A model generated the notes under the pieces. That model had not been told where the DNA came from. It did no database searches and saw only the letters and a list, made by a program, of their open reading frames with translations. Positions 13,601-27,400 of a stretch of 64,000 nt of DNA are shown one piece after another; position 1 is the first letter of the stretch, and every line of letters starts with the position of its first letter. The position numbers were made by a program, and so were the translations under genes. This DNA is from Phoronis australis (taxonomy: Eukaryota > Animalia > Phoronida): assembly GCA_002633005.1 (NCBI GenBank), contig NMRA01000024.1, positions 1,145,903 through 1,209,902 of the forward strand, given 5' to 3'.

Positions 13601-14870
13601 ACACGTTATCAAATCCAAACTTTCATTTAAGAAAGTGTTGTACTTTCGTTCAGGGTCAAAATGTTGCCTAATCTTCTACTTGTTGACTGGTAACTTTAAT
13701 GACTCTACCTTCCAAGTTTTACCATACCTTTCATGACTTGGACAATAAGTGGCACGGTACACGGCAAATTAAAGTAATCAAATTACCGTTTTCCCGTCAT
13801 GATGGCTAATTCTGTTAGCAACAAACAACACTGGTAATAACAATTAGAGCGTCGAAATTCTTATTACATAATGGCTAAGCCACCTTTGCTAATTTTTCTG
13901 TTAATTTCCTTTCATTATTGGTCATGAGCAAAAACTACTTTCTCTGAATTCGGCTTCTGCCCACCCGTGACAGGGAAATTCCAGGTCATTTTGTCTGAAT
14001 GCTTTTGACTTGTAGTGTTATGTAGCTGAAGGGAGTTATTGGTGATCACGAATGCTGGTTCTGTAATCAGGTTGTTTGCACTTTGTTGGAAAGGTGGTTA
14101 ATTTGGACTCAGTCTTGGAAAAGTCATGGAAGAAAAGTCATTATTATTGGAAAAAGTCACTCACTGGTGGTCACTATCATGGAATATCCTGTGTTCTACT
14201 GAGACAATGTTATGAATATGAGTTTTTGACAAAAAGGGTTTATAAATTACTGCAAACGTATGATGTCAGAATTGGCCATTTTCTCATTTAGTACTACAAT
14301 GATGGCACACTTACCACAGAACAGATCCACGAAAAGATGAAAGCTGTCTGCAAACACAGGGCGACATACGTACCCCCAGGCACACCGGAGGGGTTTTTTA
14401 ATCTTGGCTTCCCCGAGACGCTGTCTTCCGTTGATGGTATGTTGGAAAGCAGGAATTTTACTAAAAAGACATGGTCACATGACCTAATTAACAGCAGATT
14501 GATATAAAGTCAAAAATCAAATTCTACATAATGTCTTCTCACAAAAATTATATGCTTTCGCGGAATTAAAATTTTGTGTACATTATTCTAAATGTATAGA
14601 CTTGTTTGTTAAGGCCCTACATAACCTGGACTTTTTTAAATAACAAAAATCGACGAAGATGGATGCATGGCAACTTTAAATAATTGAGATTAAATGAGCA
14701 ACTTGACTGGGACACACTGTACTCTGGTTTTGTTTTTGATGATTCCTAAAACCGGCAACAATATTTCAACAACCCGTGTTCCTTAATTCACTTTGACCTT
14801 GTTTTCAGATTCCATAACAAACTTACCCATGCCCAGAAGACGGAAGCGTTTACAGAAACGTATCGATTGA
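4662..14870 (+). CDS. RBBP8: CtIP / RBBP8 DNA end-resection factor, spliced, 621 aa. Coding exons: 4662-4728, 6199-6304, 7008-7100, 8902-8979, 9865-9963, 10231-10381, 11135-12096, 13014-13116, 14292-14436, 14809-14870
   Basis: All exons are bounded by AG/GT, phases are compatible, and the total is 1866 nt ending in TGA. The N-terminal coiled coil (LHNLKIHGLQKEL) resembles human CHDREVQGLQ. The C-terminal Sae2/CtIP domain reads YAYVDVVRRQDERQKLPAYSCKQC...CKHRATYVPPGTPEGFFNLGFP. Boundaries of the small N-terminal exons are less certain than the C-terminal ones. Confidence 0.9.
8024..8206. repeat. 39-bp tandem repeat, about 4.6 copies
   Basis: Unit T(G/A)ATGAGCTATCAGTT..TCTGAGTCTGGTCTCCATCA(A/G) starts at 8024, 8063, 8102, 8141 and 8180. 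Confidence 0.95.
8495..8871. mobile_element. PIF/Harbinger-type MITE, 377 bp
   Basis: Terminal inverted repeat (TIR) GGCCCGGTCTC...GAGACCGGGCC, extending about 40 bp imperfectly. 3-bp TSD CAG at 8492-8494 and 8872-8874. Internal (A/T)CTCGA repeats. Confidence 0.85.
9357..9467. repeat. (TAT)n-like microsatellite
   Basis: Imperfect TTA/TTG/TCA triplet run. Confidence 0.85.
12243..12400. repeat. Interspersed repeat with an inverted homolog at about 49345-49500
   Basis: TCTGCAA..AGGT.ACCTTTGCACTAATGAC.TACCTTGGGG...CAGTGTTATTCCCCAACA...TACTTACTG...TTTACGGCGGAT matches the reverse complement of 49345-49500. Confidence 0.75.
12714..12892. repeat. 21-bp minisatellite (TTTGGCCCAGTAGATATGTAT) x about 8
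   Basis: Near-perfect tandem copies with one CCA/CAA variant. Confidence 0.97.
13781..14015. repeat. Interspersed repeat family; other copies at about 15715-15960 and 50473-50700 in the opposite orientation
   Basis: Shared blocks TTTTCCCGTCATGA.GGC.AATT, AATTCT.ATTACA and GGTCATTTTGTC.GAAT.CTTTTG. Confidence 0.7.
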
Positions 14871-16249
14871 TATTAGGGAAGAGAATGCGGTTATGTACCT
14901 ATTGGTCAATAGTGCTACCACAAGATGGCTGAAGTCAGATGAATGAGGTCATGTGATCGAGTCCGCATCTTTAGGTCTAAGACTGTTAGTGTGGTATCCT
15001 GTCTCCTGTTTGTGCAGACAGCCCTTCTATGTTGACGAATGTCAAACTAAAGAGTCCATGTGTTAGTGCTGAAATGCTGCTTCCCACCCGCTGGATCCAT
15101 TCTATTCACTCACATACCCAACTCGCCCGGGTTACCGCCCAGGACACTTATATTGGGAATCTGAAAAAACGGGGTGGGCGGTAAGACGAGCACGGGCAGT
15201 TAAAATCTAAATTTTTGAAAAGTCGGGTGTTGGTGCGTACTGCACGGAGGACAGATTTTACTCTCACGGAGCTACACTGACGTCGGACTTCAAGCATGTC
15301 AGTTAAAATATACGATAGTAGTAATTGAATTTCGGTCTAGTGAATCTGAGTCAGGATAAAGCAGAAGTCGCTTTCTCGGTCTCATTCCTCGAAAAAGCGC
15401 CAATACGAAAGGTCCACTATTGCATGGTAATTCGGAATTAACAGAATCTTATGTAGGCAAAAAAGCACTCCATGTCTAAATTCCTTTGCAACTATAGTAT
15501 GTGAAGGAAAGTGGCACTACATTAAACTACATTATGTTCCTTGATCAGCTTTAAACACGGACTTGTTTACCCAGAAAGTTTTACTTCATTTCCAGTTGCT
15601 AGTCAGCAAATTTTATGTTTGATTACATGTTACACCACAGCTGTAAAGTAGTGACAGAACTCTTTGATTCCACTTTTGGGGTATCTGCAGTGGAGGATAC
15701 TGCACGAAACCACAGTACACGCCAGTAGTATTCCATCAAAATAACCCAAAATTCGCCACCGTAATGGCTGAGTGGAAACCGTATTTGTCGTCGGAGTAGC
15801 TTTCCCACGGAACGATGATGAGGGGGGAATTAAGAGGAATGATAGTTTGGAGGCGAAGACATTCTGTAATTAGAACTGCTGTCATTATAGCCATTACCCA
15901 TCATTACCTATCATTACCCAGATTTAGCCGTCATGGTGGACAAACAGTATTTTGTCCAATTACCTTTTATCGTGTACTGTATTTGTTTACTTGGAGGGAA
16001 TTACTTCATTTTTAGTAGTAAGTACACAAATTTTATGGAATTGTGTTTTTATAGTCTCTGCGGTGACATGTTAGGACAAACCTTTTTTCCTTCCGTGGTT
16101 GGTTATGGCTGGCACCAATTGTGAAGTGTTTTTCAATTTACTCTGTATTACAGTTGAGTTGAGAAACTTTTTGGAGTTCAGTTTAAAATTTTTATTCTTG
16201 TTATGTAATGAAGTATTTTTATGTTTTTTGTATTAATACCTTTCATTTT

Positions 16250-16255
16250 AATAAA
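16250..16255 (+). terminator. Candidate RBBP8 polyadenylation signal AATAAA
   Basis: AATAAA follows a U-rich stretch about 1.4 kb after the stop codon. Confidence 0.4.
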
Positions 16256-16629
16256 AATGATTTCTTTGGCAGAGAACCCAGTTTAATTTGTCTGCAATGA
16301 AAGCTAAACTCTGTTGTTAGTTTACTGCACCTTACAAGTACAGGGTCCGTTTCATGAAAAGTGAACTAAGACTTGGAAGACAGAAATTTGGTGTTGCACT
16401 CCCTATTCACAATCACAGAAAAAAGATTTAATCAGTGCAGGACATTCTAGAAATAATTTATTGAACTTCCCTTTGTAACTAAACAGTTGTGTGGATATTC
16501 TAAGAGATTTTCCACTTTGTTCAAGTGAGATTGATTACTTTTTCAGAAATAGTTGTATGGAGTTCAAGACTAAATTTCAGTCTCCAATCTAAAGTCCCTT
16601 TTCATGGTACAAACCCCAGATTTCACTTA

Positions 16630-17325
16630 GGGCTGTTCCAGCAAAATCTGTGTGGGGTGGGGAAGGCAACTGAAATAGAAATTTATGGGTGGTTGCGTTT
16701 GACTTTAATTAAAAATGGCTGGTGGTCGTACTTCAAAAAAATTAAAATTTACAGGTCGTTGTTGTTTCATTGGGCCATAAATGTTTGATGGTGGGTAATT
16801 TTTGTAAATTTTATAAACAATCTGCACAGAATCAAAAACTGAAACAAAAATGCAACTTGCAAAGAGCTCCGACTTTTTCACTCCCTCTGATCTCATCGGC
16901 ATGCCCATAACACCATTTAACCACAGGTGCTCGAATTTCTCGATGGCTAATTACCATATATGTTTTCTTAGCAATGAATGATGTTAGTGGTGATGGAGGA
17001 ACAGATAAACTCAAGCGCCTGTGCAGTCAACCACAAGAACAAAAAAAAATTACGGGTGGTTGCATTTCAAACTTATAAAAAATTACAGGTGGTAGGCTGA
17101 AGAAATAAATGAAAAATATGGGTGGTGGGTGCGAAAAAAAGGTGCCTTCCCCNNNNNNNNNTGGAGAAATAAATGAAAAATATGGGCGGTGGGTACGAAA
17201 TAAAAGTGCCTTCCCCCCCTCCCATACTGATTTTACTGGAACAGCCCTAAATGAAAAATATGTGTGGTGGGTGCGAAAAAAAGGTGCCTTCCCCCCCTCC
17301 CATACAGATTTTACTGGAACAGCCC
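16630..17325. mobile_element. PIF/Harbinger-type MITE with a repeated right end
   Basis: TIR GGGCTGTTCCAG.AAAATC.GT.TGGG...CCCATACAGATTTTACTGGAACAGCCC. TTA at 16627-16629 and 17326-17328. The right terminal ~78 bp is repeated around a 9-N gap. Confidence 0.8.
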
Positions 17326-18285
17326 TTATGCATGTTGCCGTCCCATGTGGCACTTATTATGTCGAGCCAAAATATCAACTTCATTCTTAAATCAATCCAG
17401 TTAACAGTGTAGTGAATGTTTCTGTTCAGGCAGCCAGTGAAATCTGGTGCAGCACTTGTCATTAAACAAAAAGGGTTCCACCTCAAAATATAAACAAAAA
17501 CAACATATTTCGAAGACTGCATTGCTTGGGGCTCTTAAGGGACAAAAACTTGCCACGAAAACCAACTTTGATTTAGGCCACTTACTGTTATAAAATTGAT
17601 AACAAATTGTTGGTTAGCGTAACTGCACACGACTTAAGTCTTGGGTGAACTGACAGTTCGTTATTGTTCGAGATCGGGCTCTACAAATTGGCAAGTTACA
17701 GCGTGTCATTTTCTATGCCAAGCATGGTTTTGGTGAGTAACAGTTGGCTATTTACAAACAGATTTTGAGAAAGTAATTAGTCAATTGGATGGATTACGGC
17801 TTACAGCCACTTAAAGCTAGTGTCTCATGTGGCTCCTTACAGTTCAGTTGGACTTAATTACATGAGAATCTGTAAATCAAAACACTGGAATAAAATTGGC
17901 AGAAGTCTGAATTTTTTACACTCTGCCCTTCAGATAAGTCAGATTTTACCCGGGGGAGGGGGGTCACAAGGTGCCTGCAGGCGTGTACCAAAAATTGCTG
18001 AGCGACCCCCCCATTGCGGGTCCCAGGTCTGCCCCATTTTGCGGTGTAGATTTTTCCAGTAGGAAGACAGCCAGTGCACCTTTTGCCTAGCTGATGCCAA
18101 TGCTGTGGGCCTTTTGCAGGGATGAAATGGAAATTTAGAGGCCTATTAGATCATGTGCGAGTCCTGCAAAACTTGCTGAAAAGTTCCAGCTACTTGCAAT
18201 TTTTAGAGTGCTGAACAAATATCTCCTTTGCTAAGAAAGACATGCCTTTGACTATAGGACAGATGAAAAATAAACCAGCACAAGA

Positions 18286-18291
18286 TTTATT
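18286..18291 (-). terminator. Candidate ELOA polyadenylation signal
   Basis: TTTATT on + (AATAAA on -) about 150 nt past the ELOA stop. Confidence 0.4.
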
Positions 18292-18441
18292 TGACTTTCA
18301 ATATTTCCAATTCATTAACTTCCATTATATAACGTTAACAACATTCATTCATAACAACAAAAAGCATTACTCTAAAACAAGCACCAACAAATATAATTAT
18401 CAAAATGAGCCCTGGTAAAAGCTCGAATAAATATCACTGCA

Positions 18442-21400
18442 CTATCGACGAATTTTCTTCATGAATTTCAGTGTCTTTTGCATCATGGGGGCAATTTTCT
18501 TCACCTCTGAAAAAGCAAAAATGGCCATCCATTAATAAAAGCTATCAACAAAAACAAGTCATGTCATCCTCCCGTAAGCCGAAAACCTTACATTCTTAAG
18601 AAACTCGTAGAAACAAGACAAAGGAGAAACATGCTCAAGACGAGTCGGACCACACTAAGTGGATTCACCATTAGACATGTTGCTGGTCTATGCCATTACA
18701 GTTATCGGTGCTCCTCCATCGCCAAACAAAAGTTTGATTATGATAGAAGCAAACACATTGTGGTTTGTGTTACTCAGATCTCAAACCTTAAGGATAATTG
18801 AGAGTCACTGGTAAGGAAATAGGTTGTAGTATGACGAGAATACTATTAAGGTGTTATGAACCAGCCTTCTACACAAAGGACTCCCCTTATGGTATTAAAT
18901 AGAACAAGTCACAGCTTGCTCCTCAGTCAGATTAGAGGGGATTTCCAGTCTCGGGAAGAAGTGCTAGTGGTCAAGGGCATGATGGTCTTTTTTGAAGTCT
19001 GACATGAAGACTGGTGACTTCCACAAGTCAGAACAATAAACATGATCATATAAGAAACTAACAGACTGAATAATTATGCTATCACATTAAGAGGATTGTC
19101 TAGGAAAAACTATGAAAATTATTCAAGCCACCACATCGTCTATCGAAAAGTGAAGTCTTGAATTTTTGAGTCATGTTCCAAGCTTGGATAAGCTATGACA
19201 TTTGAATTCAGTCACCTCTTAACTGTAATAGCATACAGAAAGAATGACTTTGAGCATGGATATTCATTGTTCACGACTGGTAGACGCATGGACCAGCCTC
19301 AACGGCACTTTCACAGGAGAATGGACTACCTTTCTGCTGATGCCTTTGACGCATCAAACTAGACCCCGCTGGTGAGCCGTGTGACGTGACGGTAGCTACT
19401 GGTCTTGGTGCTTTAACACCGGGCTTGAGTGGCGACGTGGGACCAGCAGTGCCGTACTTCATCTGACGTCGTATTACCTCCCGCGGTGGCTTGGCCACTG
19501 TGTTGACATAGGCTAATTTGGTCTGGCGCACTGGAATGAATTTTCAATGGTATAATGCAGTAATCATTCTCCAGTTTGTCACAGTCTCTAAAATTTGGGA
19601 CACCGAAATTCAAGAATTGATATTTTGGTTCTAAGGATTGGAACACGGGCAATTTGGTGTTTGGCGTGTTTCTCAAATATCAGACACTGCATTTGGAATT
19701 AGTTTTCTCCACTAAATAACTGGCACAAAACTGGCTCTCAAACATTGAAAGAGAAGTGACAGCAGATGAGTAATTGCAAACATGAGCCAGCACGAGCCGT
19801 CAGGGAACAATGTGAGAATCGTAAGATTTCTGCCCTCGCAGAGAACGTGTTAAAACCAGAGGACATTTAAACAAGGTCTCGACCCAGTTACCATTGTGTC
19901 CACAAAGTTCATTAGAATACTAAGGAGTATTTGTTTATCAGAAGTGTTGTAGGTGGGTGCTTATTTTACCTGGTGTTTTCTTTGCCATAGATGCATTAAT
20001 GTTAGCAGTCAGTGCTTTCAACTTGGCCTCTCTTTCATCATGTAGGCGCTAAAATAAATGTCAAGGTTAGAACGATAAGAAACAAAAAATTCTCCGTCTA
20101 AATTCTAATCCCTTCAACAGCCATATAAAATCTGTCAACTTTAATAAAATTGTGGTATTTACTCACAGCATTTCACATCTAATGTGCATTTTTTCAGTGT
20201 ACTAATTATTTTTTCTAAAATACTCAGGACAACATCACCTCCGTTGAAGATAATTACACAAAGGCATAACAAAAAGCGTTCACATTTTTATGACTGCAAT
20301 ACAAAATTTGTGCTGGCCAAGAACAGCTAGAGCAGAACTTACCAAGTACAGTTCTCTGTGCGTTTCAAACTCTTCAGGTTTGGACAGCTTAAAGTCTCGT
20401 TGACAGTGAACCTTCCACAGATGTTCAGTGTCCTCAACAAAGTGCTAAAATGTAACACCACAAATGGAAAAAACACCAGGCCAGTATATGAAAACGAATG
20501 ACCAGTTGAATTTTTGAAGTGTGACTCGGTGGGCGTGCTTAAGAGTAGAAAGCAACCAGAAGATAGATACAAGTTTAGATTTTGAAAGTGTTGTAACCTT
20601 TACTTAGAAAATCATAGTTTCCAAGAAGAGTTTCAGAATTCTAAAATTTAGACAGCAACCCAACAGAATGACATCATCGCATAGCTTCTAATGGCTTTAA
20701 TTTCTAAATTCTACAGCATTTGCCCACTGATTATGACCATATGCTTCCAACACTAGATTCAGTCCTCCTAACAGAGAATTCATGAGCCTGACAACTGCAT
20801 TATCTCCCCCTGTAATGGCTCAGAACTAACACAACCATCAGAAACCAAAGCCGCTTACAGGGTTGAAATCTTCCAGAGTGAACAGCTGCGATGGGCTACA
20901 CTTCTCCAGAACAGGGAACAATATGTTTGCTGGCACACCCCCGACGTACTCCAATGCTATAGGAAAGAACAAGAGTCCTGTATGAGATTTCCACGCATAT
21001 AATGAATGAAAGGAGCATAGTTCCTGTGCCATTTCACTATAACAACACCTGAAGTAAGTGTTGCAGGAGCTGGTCATAACATATCTGAACTCTTTAGTAT
21101 TGTGCGAGTACAAAACAATGGCTACCGGTTGACCAAAGTTCAAATTCCGGGTACATCGGTCAATTTTTGTTACTCTGGGCCCGAGTATACAAGACAGGAT
21201 GAGCTAATCAAGATGAAACCCAACTCATCTTGAACATTTACTGACATTTTGCAACGTTAGACATTTTTTTATGAATTAGTTGAATACCTCCACTGTCTTA
21301 AATCTCCTTACAGTGATTTTCCATTGATAGGCCCATGGGCATGTATTCAGAAAATAAAAATTTTCAGGCTTTTCAGTAACACCAAATAAATGCCCAAAAC

Positions 21401-24400
21401 AAGTAGAGGGCATGTAAATGTAAAGTCATAGCCTTGGCAGATATAAAAATATCAGCAATTTTTTGCATAAAACTGTGCTTTCTCATTTAAGCTAATCAAT
21501 GCATAGTTAGCCAACACTTTGTCTGTTTTTGCAAATGATAAATGCTCAACAAAACTGAATTTGTGGCTAAAAGTTGACACTGAGTGAGCTTTTAAGGAGA
21601 AATTTTCTGAATGAATGCTCCACTACGAGGACACTTGACACCAGAAGTTGTAACACCAAATAAACACGCATGGGAATCTGGCAAACAATTCCGAACAAAT
21701 GCCCATGGGCATTTCATCGGGTCAGCTTATCTACGGAAAATCCCAGTACAAGTTCATAGTGAAACATAGGTGATGCTGAACGTTGTCTGACTAATACATT
21801 AATGCCATCTAGTAATTATGCTTATTTCATGTTATCCCATTATCAGAAAGTGTATAAAATAAAATAAAATCTGAGCTATATACACCCTTGGGAAGTTTGT
21901 AAAACCTGCACACTTTGAAGGTTTGAAGCAAACCTATATTACGTCTTAAAAAGCAAATAGTATAAGAAGGATATTGCCCCAGTGCACTTTTTAAACTTGA
22001 TAAAAAATATAGAGTTTGTCTTCTGGCCTCTAATCTAGGGTACATTTACGAGCAAAAAAGACGCTGCTGTTATGATTCCCGGATGTCTAGCAGATATGCT
22101 GAAAACTGGCCGACTAGTTGTTGGCAAATAAAATACAACAACCATCGTACAAAAGTAACCCAACGCTTCCAAGCTGATTTCCACATTCAAATACTGTCCA
22201 AAACCAAGCTATGTATAAGGACGTATTAAAAAACACAATGTTTCTCCAACAATTCCAAAGATTTTTGAGGTCCACGAAGATTGATTGGACAAACTGACGG
22301 TTCCATTCCAATTTATCGTCTCACCATCAATGTTATCAATCAGCACCTTCATGCACGCCTCATCCAGCCGCGGAACCTCGGTGAGACCAGCTGACCTCTT
22401 GCCAGAGTAGACTTGGGTCCGCGAGTACTTTTTGGCACCTATTAACGAGTCCAGGTCACCAGAGTCGACACCTGTTGGGTAAATGAGATAAAATAAGACA
22501 CGATTTACCAAGTCAAAAACAAAACATTTTGGTGCCGTTCTGACCACAGTGTATCCATAAAAAACTGCCAACTTGCTTTATTTTGCATCTCGATTTTTGT
22601 GACCATCCCAAAGTTGGATCAAAAGGCTAAGTGCCACATACACTACGAGAAACACTCGAACAAGTTACTCCTGGAACAAGTTGTCACTTTATTTATTAGT
22701 AGTGTAGATGCTACTTGACACATGTGAGGTTAAAGGTAACCTGCTCTGGGGTAACTTGCCCCAGCAAAAGCGATAGCGCAGACGTAAGCCTGAAGACAAA
22801 GCAGATACCAGCTGTTCCTCAGTTACACCCGCAGGGTTGTCTATTAATTTATGCCCCATATCTGTCGCAAGGTGTAGGCTGTGTGGTGTGAATGCTAGGC
22901 TGAACGGGTGCAATTTGCTCCAGGTTAACTCAGTATGGAGACGATTTTAGACACTCTCTAATGCGTGAAATGGGATGTCCCACGAAGCTAGTCATATTTC
23001 CCAAACAGCGCTAAATATAGTACCTTAAGTGTGGGCTAAACAGATTGTTACTATATAAAACAAAACATACTTAAAGGGTCATTGCCTTCCTTGCTATGAC
23101 CTAAACAAGAAAATAATGAGCAATCAAATAAACTGGGCTGTGTTCTGTGGAAGCAAAAAAATTTGCGAGAACTGACACTGTAATCACGTTCTTTGCTTGT
23201 AATACAAGGCGATGTCGTACGAAGATTCTTGCATCTACGGCACACTGTCCTGATTTCAAACTATTCCGTGCCATGACAGCACTTGCTTGATGTCATGAAA
23301 AGGCACTGAGAAATCAAATGCATTCATAACGAAATGGCTCAATTTCAAAAGGGTTAACCAACCCCTTGAATAATCTGCACTGGTATAGAAATAATTTTGA
23401 ATTACAATGAGAAAAAGTTTGAGACATGTCACGTGTTGCAGAGTAGCCTGTGTATGGGAAACATTCCCTTCATACGTCTCTATACTGCAAGATGTGACAT
23501 CTCTTTGTACCTAAGAACCATGCAGGAGATAGCCTGTGTAGAATTGTTTAGCTTCGAGCCTATCACATGCTTACACACACTGCTCAATATCATAAAATCC
23601 CGCGTTCTATTTCAGAGACGAAATGAAAAAATTACACCAGCCTTGCTCATTACATCAAAAACCAAAAGGCAATTGTAAAACAACAAAAACTCCAGCTTTA
23701 AATTTTTGCTAATCCTTACCAGGTTTCTTCCTAGGACTTTCCACCACTGGCATCCTGAGAGGTTTGTAGTGAGGTTGAATTTCTGGCAGGGTCTGCAAGA
23801 TGTCTGTATGTGTCATCTTTGCCTGAAAACACGTCAGATCAAACCATGAAAAGGTAGGCAACAAGTTGACACATCAGCACAATTGGCAGCAGGTATTCCA
23901 TCTGATTCGCTGTAACCAATATCAACTCTTAAAAAATATTCCAAAAGACAAATGTTTGCAGTCACTATAGTCAACAATAAAGCAAATAACTCAACTGTTA
24001 TTCTAGGCTATTTTGTATCTGCCTTACAGAAAACAAGGCCCACAACGAAATACAAACTGGGTAGCAACATTGCTCTTTTAATACATTCTATTCTCTTAAT
24101 GAAACCCTGTCGTTTACAGTGGTTGTAATCGTTCAATCTCAAGATGCCAACAGTGATAGAATAGAGACCTAACAACCCCACAGCATGTCATACAAATGAT
24201 CATGAAGAATACATAACGAAATACAAACAGAAAGAAAATGCTGCATTTTTATCAAAGCCTCTAAAAGACGTGCAAATTACGAAACCATGTAACCTATGCC
24301 ACACCAATAAGATCTCTAGCCGCAGACCCGATTCCAGCATTTTCCACTGTCTTTTTCTGCTCTCAAATATCAAATTCTCTTTTGTAAGGAGAGCACTTGG

Positions 24401-27400
24401 ATAACATCTTAGAGTTTACATAAAACAAAATGATTGTGCTGTAAGAAATTATTGTACTCAAGGTGTTGTCATATAACGCAAGGACATCTATTGTCATAAT
24501 TTTACATCACCTGTTTAACTGGTGGCAGTGGAACTTCGAAAGATGCTGCAGATCGTTTCCTTTTGTCGTTATACTTGTCACTGTGTCTGTCACGCTGTCT
24601 GTCATTCTTCCTGCCATCAGCATGTTTGTTCTTAGCAGATTTCGAATGCCCATCTTCTCGCTTTCTAGAAGAATTTGAATTGTGAGATTTGTGGGCAGAC
24701 TTCTCGTCATCTCTGTTCTTTGAATCAGCAATGGACCTTTGACTGTGAGATTTTTGTGATGATTTCTCGTGGCCCTTATCCTTTGAGCCACTGATGGAGC
24801 TATGCTTGTGTGATTTATGAGGTTGGGTCTCATGGTCCTTGTGCTTTGAGCTTGCTCCAGACCTGTGGCAATTAGTTTTGTGTGAAAATCGCTGGTGGTC
24901 CCCGTTTTTCTCAGAACTGTGAGAATTCCGACTGGATGCAGTGTCAGAAAAGCTATCAAACAGATTTGATCCTGACAAAGACTTGCTAGCACTTTTGGAT
25001 TCTTTCACAATATTACAAGCCAACTTCTGTACCTTTCTCTTTTTAGACAACACCACGGCATCATAATTTAGCATGTCACCAAAGGAGGCGCCACTGTTCT
25101 CAGTCTCAGCACTATCCTCTACTGATGCTTCAGATACTAGCAATGGCTTACACGTCCTCACAGGAGATAGACCGTCTCGAGGAGGGCTTCTACTGAAATT
25201 CTCTGACATATCTAAACTTCGTTTCTCCACACCACTGGGACTAAGACCGTAATTCTCCCGCATTTTGCTTTTAGCTCTTGAGGGTTTGCCGGTGTTCAAC
25301 TCAATATCTGATCTAGAATGTTTGTGATGTTTGACCTTTGACCTACTTCTTTCCTCACGCCAACCATCTGAGTCACTCTGAACGAATCCCTTAGAGTCAG
25401 TATCTTTATGAATACTGTCGACTTTTTCATCACCAATACTGTTTTTAGACATATATTCCGATTTATGGATGCCACTTCCATGTTTTGAATCGCCATACGA
25501 TACTCCCAAGTTTGATGATTTCTTTTTCTCTTTCACTACCTCTTGGCTCTGATGAGTAGACTTTTCCTTTTGTCCTCCTTGTGCGTTAGGCTTACTTGCT
25601 AAAGAATCGGAGACCAGCTGTTTCCATTTTGCCACGAGAGAGCGTGCCTTTTCACCCAAAACTCCATCACATTTACGAAACGTGTTCACTACTTTCCCAA
25701 TGCTAGTCGTCTAAAAGAGACAGAAATAATCCAACTATGACAAGCGTAAAAACTAGCGTGAAACGTAGTTAAATTTTACAAAAATTCAGACCCCAATGTC
25801 TTACAAGCCACGGCTTAGAAGCAACATTCATTGTCAAAAATATATAGATGCAAACGTCTTGACACTGGATCCCAAAAATACATACCAAATTAGATACAAA
25901 TGGCTACAGACAACTTGATGATATATGCAATTGCATTCTTATCATCACCTTAAAAGTTGACAACAGGAGAGTAAAGGCAATTGGCTCACATGATCTTATC
26001 CAACATTTTATTCCGCCTAATAATAAATCTCTAGAGAGGGCTGACCACCTCAGAGGTTGCCTTACAAGCTGGTATTTACGGTACCTCGGTAACGTTTTTC
26101 GATCAATGATTCATCTGGTACATTCTTGTCAAACTAGATATGACAGATTTACCATTTCTTCTAATTTCATTGTCAACATGTTCATAAAATATTGTTCATG
26201 TGGCTATAAACCTGAGCTCTGTACAAAAACCAAACATTTCATTTCATTTCAACTACTAGTACCATACTTACCACTACAAAATTGGTCTCGCCTTGTATAT
26301 TATAACTCTGATGAGAAGTGATTTCTGGGTCTCCAAAGAACCGAGAGTGCACCATTCATTGAGACCACGCTCGGCGCATAAAATGACACAGTGACAAGCC
26401 AACTTGTACGGCCTGATGTCAAACAATAATGATACTTCAGTTCTCCCCAAACCGTGAAATCTCCATTCTTATTAAGAAACAAATCGAAACCGATTTAATA
26501 ACAGTGCTAAGTGACTTAAATCAAAAGTTGGGTTTTGTGATAAAAGGCAGGTTTATAGCCATTTTAAGTAAACATTATACGTCCATTCGTACTTTGTCCA
26601 CAACCAAAGCGTTAGTATTCCTCCAAAGTTTTATTACTCAAATTTTTCTAATTTTCAAAGACTTGCTGAAAATGCTCAACATTTTACCAAATGGTTTTGT
26701 TGACATCTGTGCCATTTACAGTTGAAACTGCCTCCACAGGCATTGTTATAAAATTTTCATCCATTTTCAGTTAAAATTGTACTTTTATTAGCTCGTTTTT
26801 GAAAAATAAGCAACCGTCAAGTAATACAATAATTTTGTGATTGCAAACATTTTCACAGATACACATTTAATTCTTATTATTATCATGAGGTTCAGTTATG
26901 AGTTCCACAGTAGCATTCAAATTGGTCCCCTGGCCAGGATCTTGGTCCATTTGTCACCCCATGCCGTTGCCAACTTGGCTTTTAGTGTTAGAAAAAATGG
27001 CCTTTTATGGTGATGTCCACCAGCAGTTACCATGACCATGTTTACAAATTTCTATTATGTTTTACAATAAAGATATGCATAAGAGACAATGGCAACTATG
27101 ACCCAAAAATCAATGCTTGTTTTGAGTTTGATTGACAGCATGGTTGGGTAACATGCTAATGTAATTACTGAAAATGGGTCACTTTATTTATTGCCAAACC
27201 TTCTAGTGAACAACTGAGATCATAATCAACTGCGCTCCACAATCACTTTGGTCACCACTTTGGATTTACTTCACAAATTTCTAACCAAAATTGTGCTCAC
27301 ATTTTGTCCCGCTCAATTGACGGAATGAGCAACTGGGACGCAAAATTTCCGTGTAGCTTTCCTAGAATTTTTATGCGAATTGCATACAATGCAGAAATGT

